Positions 1-9,432 are shown, numbered from the stretch's first letter. The stretch is 64,000 nt of DNA from a virus (IMGVR_UViG_3300021403_000004:32001-96000); one strand, 5' to 3'. Numbers and translations are program-made. The notes: generated from the letters alone by a model not told the origin.

Positions 1-147
1 TTCTTCTCCGCGGCAGTGGCCTGGACCCGGGCCAGCGCGCGGTCAGCCTTGGCCGGGATGGCAGCCTGGGCCTTGGCCGGCCGCGGCGGGGGGAGCGTGA
101 CGGCCGGGACCGGCTCATCCCAGTCGATCGTGTAGTCGGCCTCTGCC

Positions 148-474
148 TCAGGCACCAGGACCATCTCCTAGCTCAGCAGTGATCCGGTCAATCTGCTTCT
201 GGATCCAGGCAACGCCTTCCTGCCGGGCCTCGTTCTCCTCCAGGTCCGATCCGGTGGCGTTGTCGATGCCGCGCGTTGCGTTCACCACGTGCCGGGTGAT
301 CTCCGCGACCGTCAGGTCCGTGACTAGGTGATGGTGCGCGAGTGCGTTGACCAGGGTCGCGGCAAGGTTGAACCGCTTGGTCTCGTTGACCAGCAGTGCC
401 ATGTACAGCAGCCGCCGCGTTTCGTCAAAGTCCGTGGCGTCGCCGCTGTCGCGGGTGATCTTCCGTGCTGTCAT
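148..474 (-). CDS. hypothetical protein
   Basis: ORF with GC3-biased codons; start placed at MTARKIT. Confidence 0.55.
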   Translation of the reverse strand: MTARKITRDSGDATDFDETRRLLYMALLVNETKRFNLAATLVNALAHHHLVTDLTVAEITRHVVNATRGIDNATGSDLEENEARQEGVAWIQKQIDRITAELGDGPGA

Positions 475-601
475 CGTGGTCCGTCCCGTATCAGGATCTG
501 ATGATGTAGACTGCGTGATACCCCAGCGTCGCACTGGGGGAGAGGGTGGCCAGGCGGGCACGAGCGCCGTGCTCGCCTGGCCGTTTTCCTGAACTGTTCA
601 G

Positions 602-1318
602 TTATGCGGAGCCCGTTAGCTCGGCCCTGGTCAGCGCCCGCGCGCGACCCAGGACCGCCTGGACCTCATTCGGGTAGTACTGCGTGACGAAGGTGATCAG
701 GTCTTCCAGGCGCTGGCCTGTTGGCTGCACCTTCACCCAGACCTCCAGGTTCTCGGGCCGGTTGTCGGTCTTGATGCCGTTGACGTGGTGCACGTTCTCG
801 AATGGGTAGAGCCTGCGGCCGAGCTTGACTTCCGCGACGGCACGGTGCTCCAGGATGGTCCACTTGCCGTACTTGAGCACGACGTAGCCCTGGTTGTTGA
901 CGCCCCGGTGACCTGAGCCGTTCTGGCCACGGCGCAACGGCTCATTAGCGTCCCCGTAGTCCTTCCAGCGCTGGTAGTGCCGAAGGCAGAATCCGCGGCC
1001 GTAGTGAAGAGAACCGCAGCCTTCGACTTCGCACAGACGCGGCTGGCTGGGCTTGCGAGAGCCGGCGTTCTTACGTGGCCTGGCCCCTCCTGCTTCCCCG
1101 TTGTTTGCCTTCGCCCGGTAGTAGTGCATGCTGCACAAGCCCTTGGCGCTGTAGGGACGGGTGCAGCCCTCCACGGAGCACTCCCTGGGCGGCTGGCGCA
1201 TCGGCCCTCCGCCCAGGGGATCTCCGTAGCGCCGGTTCCGCTGCCAGTGCGCAGCGCACCAGCCGCGAGCGTAATGCGAATTCGCGCAGCCTTCGATTGA
1301 GCATGTCTCTTGAGCCAT
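602..1318 (-). CDS. HNH homing endonuclease with Cys-rich N-terminal repeats
   Basis: 3x CxxxGC..G.C..HY/W repeats; EHR...[20 protein letters not shown] motif. Confidence 0.9.
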   Translation of the reverse strand: MAQETCSIEGCANSHYARGWCAAHWQRNRRYGDPLGGGPMRQPPRECSVEGCTRPYSAKGLCSMHYYRAKANNGEAGGARPRKNAGSRKPSQPRLCEVEGCGSLHYGRGFCLRHYQRWKDYGDANEPLRRGQNGSGHRGVNNQGYVVLKYGKWTILEHRAVAEVKLGRRLYPFENVHHVNGIKTDNRPENLEVWVKVQPTGQRLEDLITFVTQYYPNEVQAVLGRARALTRAELTGSA

Positions 1319-1355
1319 GCTGCACGATACCGCATAATTACGCTCTTCACAGTTA

Positions 1356-1790
1356 TCAGGTTCCGGCTATGCCTACAGTTGGATAACGCTGAATGCGCGT
1401 CGCAGCGTTCCAGGTGCTCTTCAGGCTCACGGCTGCCGCCACGCCGCCCGCGACGCTGAAATCAGGGAGGATTTGGCCAAAGAAGTATTGGCCCGGTGCG
1501 GACCCCTGCACGCCGAGCGTGCTCGGGTAGAGGTAGAAGTTGCGCGGCAGGCCGTCAGTGGCCGCCACGTACGTCTGCGCCGTGGCCGTGTCGTAGAACC
1601 CGGTGAAGTCACCGGAAGCGTCGGGCAACCCGGCGACCCAGATGAGGTTCTGGTCGCCCATGGAGGTTACGTCGACTTTGTTAACGACAAAATTGATGCT
1701 CCAGTCCGACAAGAAAGCCATGGGACTGGCGAGGTCGGCGGGATTCACGCCGACGTACGCGATGCCATTCCTTCCGTGGATCCGACTCAC
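1356..1790 (-). CDS. major tail (tube) protein
   Basis: 144 aa; WSINF..KVDVTSMGD...AGLPDASGDFTG pattern typical of siphoviral tail tubes; co-oriented with the virion genes. Confidence 0.7.
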   Translation of the reverse strand: MSRIHGRNGIAYVGVNPADLASPMAFLSDWSINFVVNKVDVTSMGDQNLIWVAGLPDASGDFTGFYDTATAQTYVAATDGLPRNFYLYPSTLGVQGSAPGQYFFGQILPDFSVAGGVAAAVSLKSTWNAATRIQRYPTVGIAGT

Positions 1791-1810
1791 TGTAGCTGAC
1801 TCCTTACGCT

Positions 1811-2731
1811 ATGTGTTGCGAAGGACCCGGCTCCGTGCACGGCCTCGGGTGTCACATACCTTGTGACATGCGATACTATACCAGTGTGATCTGTACTGAT
1901 TGCGGTCGTGACAGGCCGCCGCGCCGCGGGCTGTGCGGTGCCTGCTACAAGCGCCGGAAGGAAGCTGGCACGCTTCCGCAAAAAGCCGTGCCTGACCGAA
2001 CGTGCACGGCAGCGGCTGGTGGGCAGTGCTCTGACGACTACATGGGTAAAGGGCTGTGCAAGAGGCATTATTACCGGCAGTATTTCCAGGGCACGACAGA
2101 ACTGACGACGCTGAAGACGGCGCCCGATGACGTGCGGTATTACGCAGGCGTTGACCGGCGCACGGCTGGGGAGTGCTGGCCCTGGACGGGAACGATTGTC
2201 AGCACGACTGGTTACGGGCAACTTCACTGGGATGGTCAGGGCGTCTCCGCGCACATTGCGGGCTGGGAGCTGGCCACCGGGCTGATCGCAGCCGGCTTCT
2301 GGATCGACCATGCCTGCCACAACCGGGATGGCTCGTGCAGGGGGCTGGCGTCCTGCCTGCACCGCAGGTGCCAGAACCCGCTGCACCTGGAAGCGGTAAC
2401 GCCAGGCGTCAACTTGGCCCGCAGCCCGCTGACGAAGATCAATCAGGGCTGGGTAGCCCGGGGCGCCAGCGAGGACGAATACACTGCACTGGCCAGCAGC
2501 TGGGCCACCTGGGCTAGCGGGAAGATCGATGACGAGGCGTTCACTGCCCTGGTCATCACGCACGCGAACGCCCGGATCATTCCCACGTGGCGCCCACCTG
2601 ACTGCCCGCTCGGGCACCGGCTGGCCGGGGCTAACAGGATCGTGCACCCAGAGCGGGGGACGACGGGCTGCCGCGAGTGCATGATGCGCACCAAGCGGTT
2701 CCGTGGCCACTGGCTGCTCCGTCAGGACTGA
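1811..2731 (+). CDS. HNH endonuclease (zinc-binding loop type)
   Basis: CWPWTG..GYG..AH..IDHAC..RCQNPLHLEAVT..VN; C-terminal CPLGH..CREC; start uncertain. Confidence 0.85.
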   Translation: MCCEGPGSVHGLGCHIPCDMRYYTSVICTDCGRDRPPRRGLCGACYKRRKEAGTLPQKAVPDRTCTAAAGGQCSDDYMGKGLCKRHYYRQYFQGTTELTTLKTAPDDVRYYAGVDRRTAGECWPWTGTIVSTTGYGQLHWDGQGVSAHIAGWELATGLIAAGFWIDHACHNRDGSCRGLASCLHRRCQNPLHLEAVTPGVNLARSPLTKINQGWVARGASEDEYTALASSWATWASGKIDDEAFTALVITHANARIIPTWRPPDCPLGHRLAGANRIVHPERGTTGCRECMMRTKRFRGHWLLRQD

Positions 2732-2794
2732 GCGAGCCGGCTCCGGTCAGGGCCGCGGCATGTTACCGGCAGGGTACACCAGCTAGCCTGTTAA

Positions 2795-3097
2795 GTGTGC
2801 GATGAGCTGTGGCGGCCTGTCCCCGGCTACCAGGGATGGTATGAGGTCAGCAGCCATGGCCAGGTGTACTCACTGGCGCGGCCCTCCGCGCACGGCGGCT
2901 TGCTCGCGCCACAGGTTAACTCCGCCGGGTACCGGTTCGTGCGCCTGCATAAGTACGGCCGTGCCCGGGCGTTCACCGTCGCGCGCCTCGTGCTGGAGGC
3001 CTTCAGCGAACCAGGCCGCGGGCGCCGTGCCCGGCACGGCCCAGGCGGCAAGCTGGATGACTCATTCAGCAACCTGCGCTGGCGCTTACATTACTAG
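2795..3097 (+). CDS. NUMOD4/HNH-type endonuclease (degenerate)
   Basis: ELWRPVPGYQGWYEVSSHGQVYS NUMOD4 motif; GY..V.L; ..SNLRW. Confidence 0.8.
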   Translation: MCDELWRPVPGYQGWYEVSSHGQVYSLARPSAHGGLLAPQVNSAGYRFVRLHKYGRARAFTVARLVLEAFSEPGRGRRARHGPGGKLDDSFSNLRWRLHY

Positions 3098-3134
3098 AAC
3101 ATTTATTCGAAAAATATCTTCTTACCATCCGGAA

Positions 3135-3163
3135 TAGACCTTGCCGTCATTGCGTTATATACT
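3135..3163 (+). promoter_or_regulatory. putative sigma70-type promoter
   Basis: TAGACC-17 bp-TATACT upstream of the + strand operon. Confidence 0.5.
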
Positions 3164-3240
3164 GTAACAGACACTTAGCGCAGCCGATCCGGGAAGCTCC
3201 GGGGCACGCTGCGCGGCACAGGAGAAAGAAGCGCTTGGCA

Positions 3241-4395
3241 ATGCCAGCAAACGTAGATGCCATGTTCTCCGTCCGCCAGGTGCCCTGGCACCGGGAGGGC
3301 ATCGTCACCGACGACTACCCGCAGACGTTCGCCGAGGCCCGGGCCCTGGCCGGGCTGGACTGGGACCCCGTCGCCTACCCGGTGACCAGCGAGCAGGTGA
3401 TGACCGCGGCCCAGTTCCGCGAGCGCGCCCGGGACCTCATCATGTCCCGCGGGGAGCTGAGCGCTGATGAACTGGCCAGCGACGTCACCAGCTTGTGGCT
3501 AGAATCCTTCCGGCGCCCTGTCAATGACGTGGTCGTGTTCGGCCCCCTGGTCGCCGAGATCGTGGACAGCGCCGCTGACGACAGTGACCAGTGGCGCCGG
3601 ATCGCCCGCAGCGACACCGGGGCCACGCTGTCATACCAGCGCGCTTCCTACAGGCTCATCCCGAACAGCGACTTCGGCGAGATCATCGACGCCGTCACCG
3701 GGTCTGACAGCACGGTCAAGCTGGAGACCGGGGGCTGCCTGGACGGCGGGCGCCGGGTCTGGATGCTGGCCCGGCTGGACGAGCCGCACCAGGTAACGGC
3801 CCGCGGGCGCATTGACGCGTCTTACAGCTTCCCGTACCTGGGCGTCACCAGTGACCACACCGGGAAGGCCAGCTGCGCGGCGCGGCTGACCGAGGTCAGG
3901 ATCGTGTGCGGGAACACCTACTCACTCGCTGAGGCCGAGGGCGAGCGCACCGGCGCGGTCTTCTCCTTCAGCCACCGCGGGGACTGGCGGGACCGGGTCA
4001 CCGAGGCTCGCGAGGCCCTGCAGTTCGCCCGCAACGAGGCGCGGGAGTACACCGAGGTGATGAGCGGGCTGCTCGGGATCGCGGTGACCCCGGCGCAGCA
4101 GCAGCTGTGGCTGCGCGAGTTCATCCCGGCCCCGCCGGACGGCATCGTCTCAGACCGGGTGATGGCCAACATCGAGACGGCGCGCGCGGCCGTGCTCGGC
4201 TTCCTGAACGGGCCGACCGTGGAAGGCGCTGGCATCGGCGGCACCGCGTACGGGCTGGTGCAGGCGGCTGGCGAGTACCTGGACTGGGCGCGGCGCGCGA
4301 ATTCCTGGGAGAGCCGGCTGAACCGCAACCTGCTCAAGGCCGAGCCGCTGAAGGCGAAGGCGGCAGCGCTGGCAAGGGAAGCGGCACTGGCGTGA
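3241..4395 (+). CDS. DUF932/DUF945-family phage/plasmid-like protein
   Basis: MFSVRQVPWHREG, AGLDW, ETGGCLDGGRRVW, VRIVCGNT, GTAYGLVQAAGEYLD motifs. Confidence 0.85.
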   Translation: MPANVDAMFSVRQVPWHREGIVTDDYPQTFAEARALAGLDWDPVAYPVTSEQVMTAAQFRERARDLIMSRGELSADELASDVTSLWLESFRRPVNDVVVFGPLVAEIVDSAADDSDQWRRIARSDTGATLSYQRASYRLIPNSDFGEIIDAVTGSDSTVKLETGGCLDGGRRVWMLARLDEPHQVTARGRIDASYSFPYLGVTSDHTGKASCAARLTEVRIVCGNTYSLAEAEGERTGAVFSFSHRGDWRDRVTEAREALQFARNEAREYTEVMSGLLGIAVTPAQQQLWLREFIPAPPDGIVSDRVMANIETARAAVLGFLNGPTVEGAGIGGTAYGLVQAAGEYLDWARRANSWESRLNRNLLKAEPLKAKAAALAREAALA

Positions 4396-4580
4396 ACACC
4401 TGGAAAGCTTACGGGACAGGCGCACACGACCTGATGAAGCTGGAGGTGAACCACGAGCCGGGCACAGTCACGGCCCGCGTCTTCATCATCGGCTCCCAGG
4501 GCGGCACGCATGGCGCCATCGAGGTGCGCATGACGGACCTGCTCCGGCTCCTGGCGGGACTGACGGCCAGCAGGTCCTGA
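4392..4580 (+). CDS. hypothetical protein
   Basis: GTGA overlap with the upstream stop; operon-like packing. Confidence 0.5.
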   Translation: MNTWKAYGTGAHDLMKLEVNHEPGTVTARVFIIGSQGGTHGAIEVRMTDLLRLLAGLTASRS

Positions 4581-4599
4581 GCGGAAAGAAAGAGAAGGC

Positions 4600-5178
4600 A
4601 TGGGAACACGAGGATTCATCACCTTCGCCGTGAACGACGAGGAGAAGACGGCCTACAACCACTGGGACAGCTACCCTGATGGCCTGGGCCTGGCGGTGCT
4701 AGGGTGGCTGCGGGAAGCGGCCAAGGACCCGGCGGCCTTGCGCCAGCAGGCAGCTGCCCTGCAGGTCGCCAGCCCGGGCAGCGCGCCCACAGACGAAGAC
4801 GTCGCCCGGCTCGCCGGCTTCGCGGACCAGGGCGTGGGCACCGGGAGCCTGCGCGACTGGTACGTCCTGCTGCGCGCCACGCAAGGGGAGCCGGGCCTGA
4901 TGCTGGCAGCGGGGGTCATTGAGGACGCCCGCGACTTCCCGCTGGACTCGCTGTTCGCTGAGTGGGGCTACGTCATCGACCTCGACGGAGACGGCCTGTT
5001 CGAGGTGTACCGGGGCTTCCAGAAGCAGCCGCACGACCTGGGCCGGTTCGCTAGCCGTAGCGAGCCAGGCGGCAACCACGGGTACTACCCGTGCGCCCGC
5101 ACGGCACGCTGGCCGCTGGCGGCACTGCCGGGCAACGAGGAGTTCCTGGCGCAGCTCCGGGAAGACGACGATGAGTAA
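4600..5178 (+). CDS. hypothetical phage protein
   Basis: purine-rich RBS; MGTRG..YNHWDSYP.GLG..EWGYVIDLD pattern. Confidence 0.75.
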   Translation: MGTRGFITFAVNDEEKTAYNHWDSYPDGLGLAVLGWLREAAKDPAALRQQAAALQVASPGSAPTDEDVARLAGFADQGVGTGSLRDWYVLLRATQGEPGLMLAAGVIEDARDFPLDSLFAEWGYVIDLDGDGLFEVYRGFQKQPHDLGRFASRSEPGGNHGYYPCARTARWPLAALPGNEEFLAQLREDDDE

Positions 5179-5182
5179 CCTT

Positions 5183-5840
5183 GCGGCCCGTGACCACTAG
5201 CCAGCCAACCACGCCATGCCGCCGTGAACCCGCAGCCAATGACCGTTAGCCAGCCAACGACGCCATGCCGCCACTCAGTGTCAGCCAGCCAACGTACCGG
5301 TGCCGGCAGCCAAGGAGCAACTAGCCAGTCATGAACCCGCAGCCAGGGGGCGTTAGCCAGCCAGGACAAAAATGCAGCCCTTGAACGTGTGCCAGCCATC
5401 GGGATCATGAGCTAGCCCGCAGTAAACGCGCAGCCATGGAACGCCTGCCTGCCATGATGATGATGATGATGATGATGATGCACATGACCACCAGTCAGCC
5501 ACACTAGACGAGCAGCCATCGGACGCTTGCCAGCCATCATGATGATGCACACGACCTGCAGCCAGGGGGCATTAGCCAGCCACGGTACATCAGCCCTGAG
5601 TGACGGTCAGCCAACGATGCGGAGCCGCAGCCAGGATATACGAGCCAGCCATCATCCCGCAGCCAGGGCATGCAGCCATACGACCTGAGCCAGCCAGCGT
5701 GCCGGTGTCCTGCAGCCACGGGTTTACAGCCAGCCAAGGTACGCGTGCCCCGCGCGGCCAGCAGAACTCAGCCAACCATGCAGCCAAGACGAAGTGGCCA
5801 GCCAGCAGCCTCCTGGCACGCGCGGCGAAGTAGCCAGCCC
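5183..5840 (+). repeat. TIGR-like dual-repeat array 1 (degenerate)
   Basis: recurring GCAGCCA-N9-AGCCAGCCA units; contains an (ATG)9 run at ~5454-5480. Confidence 0.8.
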
Positions 5841-5888
5841 GTGCCCCGATGAGTTATACTGCATCAGACACCAAGAAAGGACGAGGCC

Positions 5889-6137
5889 ATGACAACGCGA
5901 TGGCCTGACGGCTTCAAGCCCCAGTACTGGTCGGGTGACCGCTGGGTGCAGGAGGAGCGCGCCACGCTGCCCGGTGGCATCACGGCGGCGGAACTGCCGG
6001 CGTTCCTGGCAAGCGAGGGCATCCCGGGCACCGCGGAGCTCACTGCCATCACGGAATACGACGAGGACGGCCCCGTCGTGCAGCTCCGGTGGCTCACCGG
6101 CGTCCCGGAAGAGAAGGCAGGAGGGGACAGGGCATGA
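5889..6137 (+). CDS. hypothetical protein
   Basis: TATACT at 5855, GAGG RBS, ATGA coupling to the next gene. Confidence 0.65.
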   Translation: MTTRWPDGFKPQYWSGDRWVQEERATLPGGITAAELPAFLASEGIPGTAELTAITEYDEDGPVVQLRWLTGVPEEKAGGDRA

Positions 6138-6352
6138 TCGTCCACCGTGGCCTGAAGCACGTAAGCGCCACCGGCTCCACGCTCGGGTTCTCGCTAGAGG
6201 ACAACCTGCACGTGCGCCTGGAAGGCAAGGAAGTCCAGCGGGTGCTTGACGAGATCGCCTGGTCCGCACCGGAACTGCTGCACATGGCCCTGGAGCGGCG
6301 CCAGGTCCGGCTCATCACTGAGGCAGTCAGGAACGAGGAGGGCGCGGCATGA
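6134..6352 (+). CDS. hypothetical protein
   Basis: ATGA-coupled on both sides (MIVHRGL...). Confidence 0.65.
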   Translation: MIVHRGLKHVSATGSTLGFSLEDNLHVRLEGKEVQRVLDEIAWSAPELLHMALERRQVRLITEAVRNEEGAA

Positions 6353-7281
6353 CGCACTTCATCGTGCTGGCCTGCCTGGAAGACCCTGGCCAGCTGAGCG
6401 AGATGCTCGCGCCGTACGACGAGAACAGGGAAGCAGCGCCATACCGCAGCTATGAAGACGGCCTGCCCGAGGAGCACTGGGCCGTGAAGAGCCTGCGCGC
6501 TGAGGGCAAGCTCCCAGACGGCCCGCTGACCTGGCAGCAGGTCGCGGACGCGGTCAATGTCGCGTACTGCCAGGGTGCCGACGATGAAGGCGACCATCTG
6601 TTCCTTGATGAGGACACCGACCGGGCCTACATGATGTCCACGCGCAACCAGCAGTCCAAGTGGGACTGGTACACCGTCGGCGGCCGGTGGGGCGGTTCCC
6701 TGCGCTACAAGCCCGGGCACGCTGGCGAAGTCCTGATGCCAGAGCAGTCGTGGAGCTCACCGGAGAAGTTCCCGTTCTTCGGCTGCGATGGCGGCCCCAA
6801 GCGCGCGCTGGACCTGGAGAAGGTGCGCCAGGATGCGGAAGACGAGGCCAGGACGCTGTACCGCGAGTACCAGGGCCTGGTGGCAGGACTGCCAGAAGCG
6901 GTCCCGTTCAGCGTCTTCGCCGGCATGGTCAGCGAGGGCAGCGGCTACACCATCGAGCGCGCGCGGCAGGAGTACCACAGCCAGCTGCGGGTGGCACGAC
7001 TCAATGCGGAGGGCAGCCCGTTCCGGTGGTCCAGCAAGGACGTGCTGGAGGTGTTCTCCGTCAGCGAGGACGAGCACGCACGGCGGCAGCGGGACCAGGC
7101 CGTGCCCGGCTACGCGCTGCTCACGACCGACGGCGAGTGGATGGCGCCAGGCACGATGGGCTGGTTCGGCATGAGTGACGACGGCCCGGACGACCGGGCT
7201 GCCTACCTGCGCGCGGCCAACGCCTACGTGGACAGCCTGCCCGATGACGCGTGGCTGGTCGTGGTGGACTGCCACATCTAG
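6349..7281 (+). CDS. hypothetical phage protein
   Basis: 310 aa; KWDWYTVGGRWGG and terminal VVVDCHI motifs. Confidence 0.8.
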   Translation: MTHFIVLACLEDPGQLSEMLAPYDENREAAPYRSYEDGLPEEHWAVKSLRAEGKLPDGPLTWQQVADAVNVAYCQGADDEGDHLFLDEDTDRAYMMSTRNQQSKWDWYTVGGRWGGSLRYKPGHAGEVLMPEQSWSSPEKFPFFGCDGGPKRALDLEKVRQDAEDEARTLYREYQGLVAGLPEAVPFSVFAGMVSEGSGYTIERARQEYHSQLRVARLNAEGSPFRWSSKDVLEVFSVSEDEHARRQRDQAVPGYALLTTDGEWMAPGTMGWFGMSDDGPDDRAAYLRAANAYVDSLPDDAWLVVVDCHI

Positions 7282-7530
7282 CCAGCAGGAGAACGTGCCG
7301 CCATGACCGTGAAGCCAGCCCCCATGATGCTGAAACCAGTCATCATCCCGCAGCCAGAGCATATGAGCCAGCCAAGATCGCGCAGCCAGATCCGTTCAGC
7401 CAGCCACGATAGGCGAGCATCCTGCAACACGGCCAGTCCATGGGAGCCAGCCGAGATAGTCCAGCCCGCAACGCAGCCAGAGCACGCGAGCCAGCCACTA
7501 TGCCACAGCCCGACGGCTACAGCCAGCCCC
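7280..7530 (+). repeat. TIGR-like dual-repeat array 2
   Basis: GCAGCCA-N9-AGCCAGCCA units. Confidence 0.8.
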
Positions 7531-7583
7531 ACTTCAATGCCTGCGCAGAGGCAAGAGAACTGCGACCCGCTACCATCATGACC

Positions 7584-7696
7584 AGCCCCCGCCAGCCGGG
7601 GCTTACAACCTTTCTCCCCGGTTACAACAGCCCGCCTGCTTCGGGCGTGAGACCGTGCATGGCGCTTCACGCGGAAGGCGAGATCTGGCGGGGGCT
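7584..7696 (+). ncRNA. putative structured ncRNA family C, copy 1
   Basis: terminal stem GCCCCCGCCA/TGGCGGGGGC; internal motifs shared with 8286-8397. Confidence 0.55.
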
Positions 7697-7723
7697 CTCC
7701 CGGGCGCAGGCCCTGCAGTCACT

Positions 7724-7900
7724 GACATCCAATGGACTTGAGCCAGCCAGGGTAGATGTGCAGCCTCAACACCTGAGCCAGCCAATGGAGTACAGTCAAC
7801 GCACCTGAGCCAGCCAGTGAAGTACAGCCATGGCAGGTCAGCCAGCCAAGGTAAATGTGCAGCCAGAGCATGCTAGCCAGCCGAGGCCAAGATGCAGCCT
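7724..7900 (+). repeat. TIGR-like dual-repeat array 3
   Basis: 5 regular units; spacers 9 nt and 7/10 nt. Confidence 0.85.
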
Positions 7901-7925
7901 CACGATAACTGAATAAGGAGAACAA

Positions 7926-8089
7926 GGGCAGGCCAGGAATTGTCCGGCGTTCGGGGAGCGGAATCACACAGCAACATTCATGTGATCCTCGCCGCTCCTG
8001 TCACCGGGCAGGCAAGGCGCACGCCAGGGAAGGGCCTTACACTACAATCTCTTCCCGTGCCTTCAGGAGTTCGATCCTCCTGCTGTCCA
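7926..8089 (+). ncRNA. tRNA-like structured ncRNA family A, copy 1
   Basis: GGGCAG/CTGTCC-A acceptor-like stem; AGGAG-TTCGATC-CTCCT T-arm; two long arms with variable loops. Confidence 0.65.
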
Positions 8090-8116
8090 CGCAAGACAAC
8101 TGAATAAGGGGAACAA

Positions 8117-8281
8117 GGGCAGGCCAGGAATTGCCCGGCGTTCGGGGAGCAGGCTTATTGGAGAAATCCAGTCTCAGCTCTCTGCTCCTGTCACCGGGCA
8201 GGCAAGGCGCACGCCAGGGAAGGCTTCTAATTAGCAGGATGCTTTTCCGTGCCTTCAGGAGTTCGACTCTCCTGCTGCCCA
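8117..8281 (+). ncRNA. tRNA-like structured ncRNA family A, copy 2
   Basis: same scaffold, different loops; T-arm AGGAG-TTCGACT-CTCCT. Confidence 0.65.
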
Positions 8282-8285
8282 CGAG

Positions 8286-8397
8286 GCCCTCGCCGGCCGG
8301 ACCTCCACGGTTAGGCAACTGCCGGTTACAATAGCCGCCTGCATCGGGTGCGTCAACTGACATGCACGAGCGCACGGAAGGCGGATACGGCGAGGGC
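8286..8397 (+). ncRNA. putative structured ncRNA family C, copy 2
   Basis: terminal stem GCCCTCGCCG/CGGCGAGGGC, with compensatory changes relative to copy 1. Confidence 0.55.
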
Positions 8398-8481
8398 GCT
8401 CACCACTGAATAAGCACGTGCCGCCAGAAGACCTCGGCCAGCCAGCGGGATCGTGAAGCATAAACTGAATAAAAGAAACAA

Positions 8482-8631
8482 GGGCAGGCCAGGAATTGCC
8501 CGGCGCTCGGGGAGCGGAGAAATGTGTACTTCACGCTTCACCACCGCTCCTGTCACCGGGCAGGCACGGCGCATGGCAGAGAAGACCCTTTTTCTTCTCG
8601 CGCTTCGGAAGTTCAAGTCTCCCGCTGCCCA
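8482..8631 (+). ncRNA. tRNA-like structured ncRNA family A, copy 3
   Basis: same scaffold, shorter second arm; T-loop TTCAAGT. Confidence 0.6.
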
Positions 8632-8647
8632 CGCGCGACAACGTCAT

Positions 8648-8872
8648 CCAGCCGCCAGCGCTCTTAAGCCCGCCAAAGTAGACCTGCAGCCAGCAGATCC
8701 CAGCCATCGGACCCCAGCCAGCCATCGTTCTCCAGCCAGCGCTTGGCCTTGGCAATGCCTGCGCAGAGGCAAGAGAACTGCGACAGCCAGCGCATGTGAA
8801 TCCGCCAAGATCGCACAGCCAGATAACCTCAGCCAGCCATCGTTCTTCAGCCAATGAACCCGGGCCAGCCAA
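8648..8872 (+). repeat. TIGR-like dual-repeat array 4 (degenerate)
   Basis: CAGCCA-N9-AGCCAGCCA units. Confidence 0.7.
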
Positions 8873-8889
8873 GGGAAAGGACAGTACCC

Positions 8890-9432
8890 ATGACAACGAA
8901 GGTAAAGGCCGAAGCCGCTAACGACCGCGCCCGCCGGCTATGGGACGGGGACGCGCACAGCACGGCGCAGGCGCTGCTCAAGGAGCTGATGGACGACCCG
9001 TCGCCCCAGGAGGCCATCCTGGTGCTGCTGCCGTGGATCACCGACCGGGTCCGGGCGGCCATTCGCACCGACGTGCGGGCAGCGGAGGAGAGCGCCTTCA
9101 CTAACCCGTCCGGCCGGCCCGACCGGGTCGCCCAGCACATCCGCTCGCAATCGGGCGCGCTGCCCGCGCTGGACAACCTGGAGATGCTGCTGTCGCTGCC
9201 GGTCCTGGTGCCCGTCGCGGGCAGCGTGACGCAGTCAGTCCTGTGGAAGGACATGACCATCGCGGATCACCAAGCCAGAATCGGCATGATCAGCAAGCCC
9301 CTGGCCGCCATTAACGCGGCCATAAGCCGCCATCGGTGGTCTATCGCCGAGATAAAGAAGCACAAGGTGGAGTGCCTCGGGCAGATTGACCTCGCCGTGC
9401 TCCGGGCTGAGATGCTCAGCTCCCGGGCGTAA
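8890..9432 (+). CDS. hypothetical protein embedded between arrays (candidate Tas accessory)
   Basis: AAGGA RBS; 180 aa; flanked by arrays on both sides. Confidence 0.8.
   Translation: MTTKVKAEAANDRARRLWDGDAHSTAQALLKELMDDPSPQEAILVLLPWITDRVRAAIRTDVRAAEESAFTNPSGRPDRVAQHIRSQSGALPALDNLEMLLSLPVLVPVAGSVTQSVLWKDMTIADHQARIGMISKPLAAINAAISRHRWSIAEIKKHKVECLGQIDLAVLRAEMLSSRA

Noticed and set aside
5085-5852. Short ORFs over the arrays (also at 7.3-8.9, 9.4-9.9 and 54.0-54.4 kb)
   Set aside because: Their SQP/WLA-rich translations simply reflect the repeats, and unit lengths are not multiples of 3.
7926-8089. tmRNA
   Set aside because: Has Ala-like ends, but is only ~164 nt with no tag ORF or pseudoknot region; the sister copies lack G3:U70.
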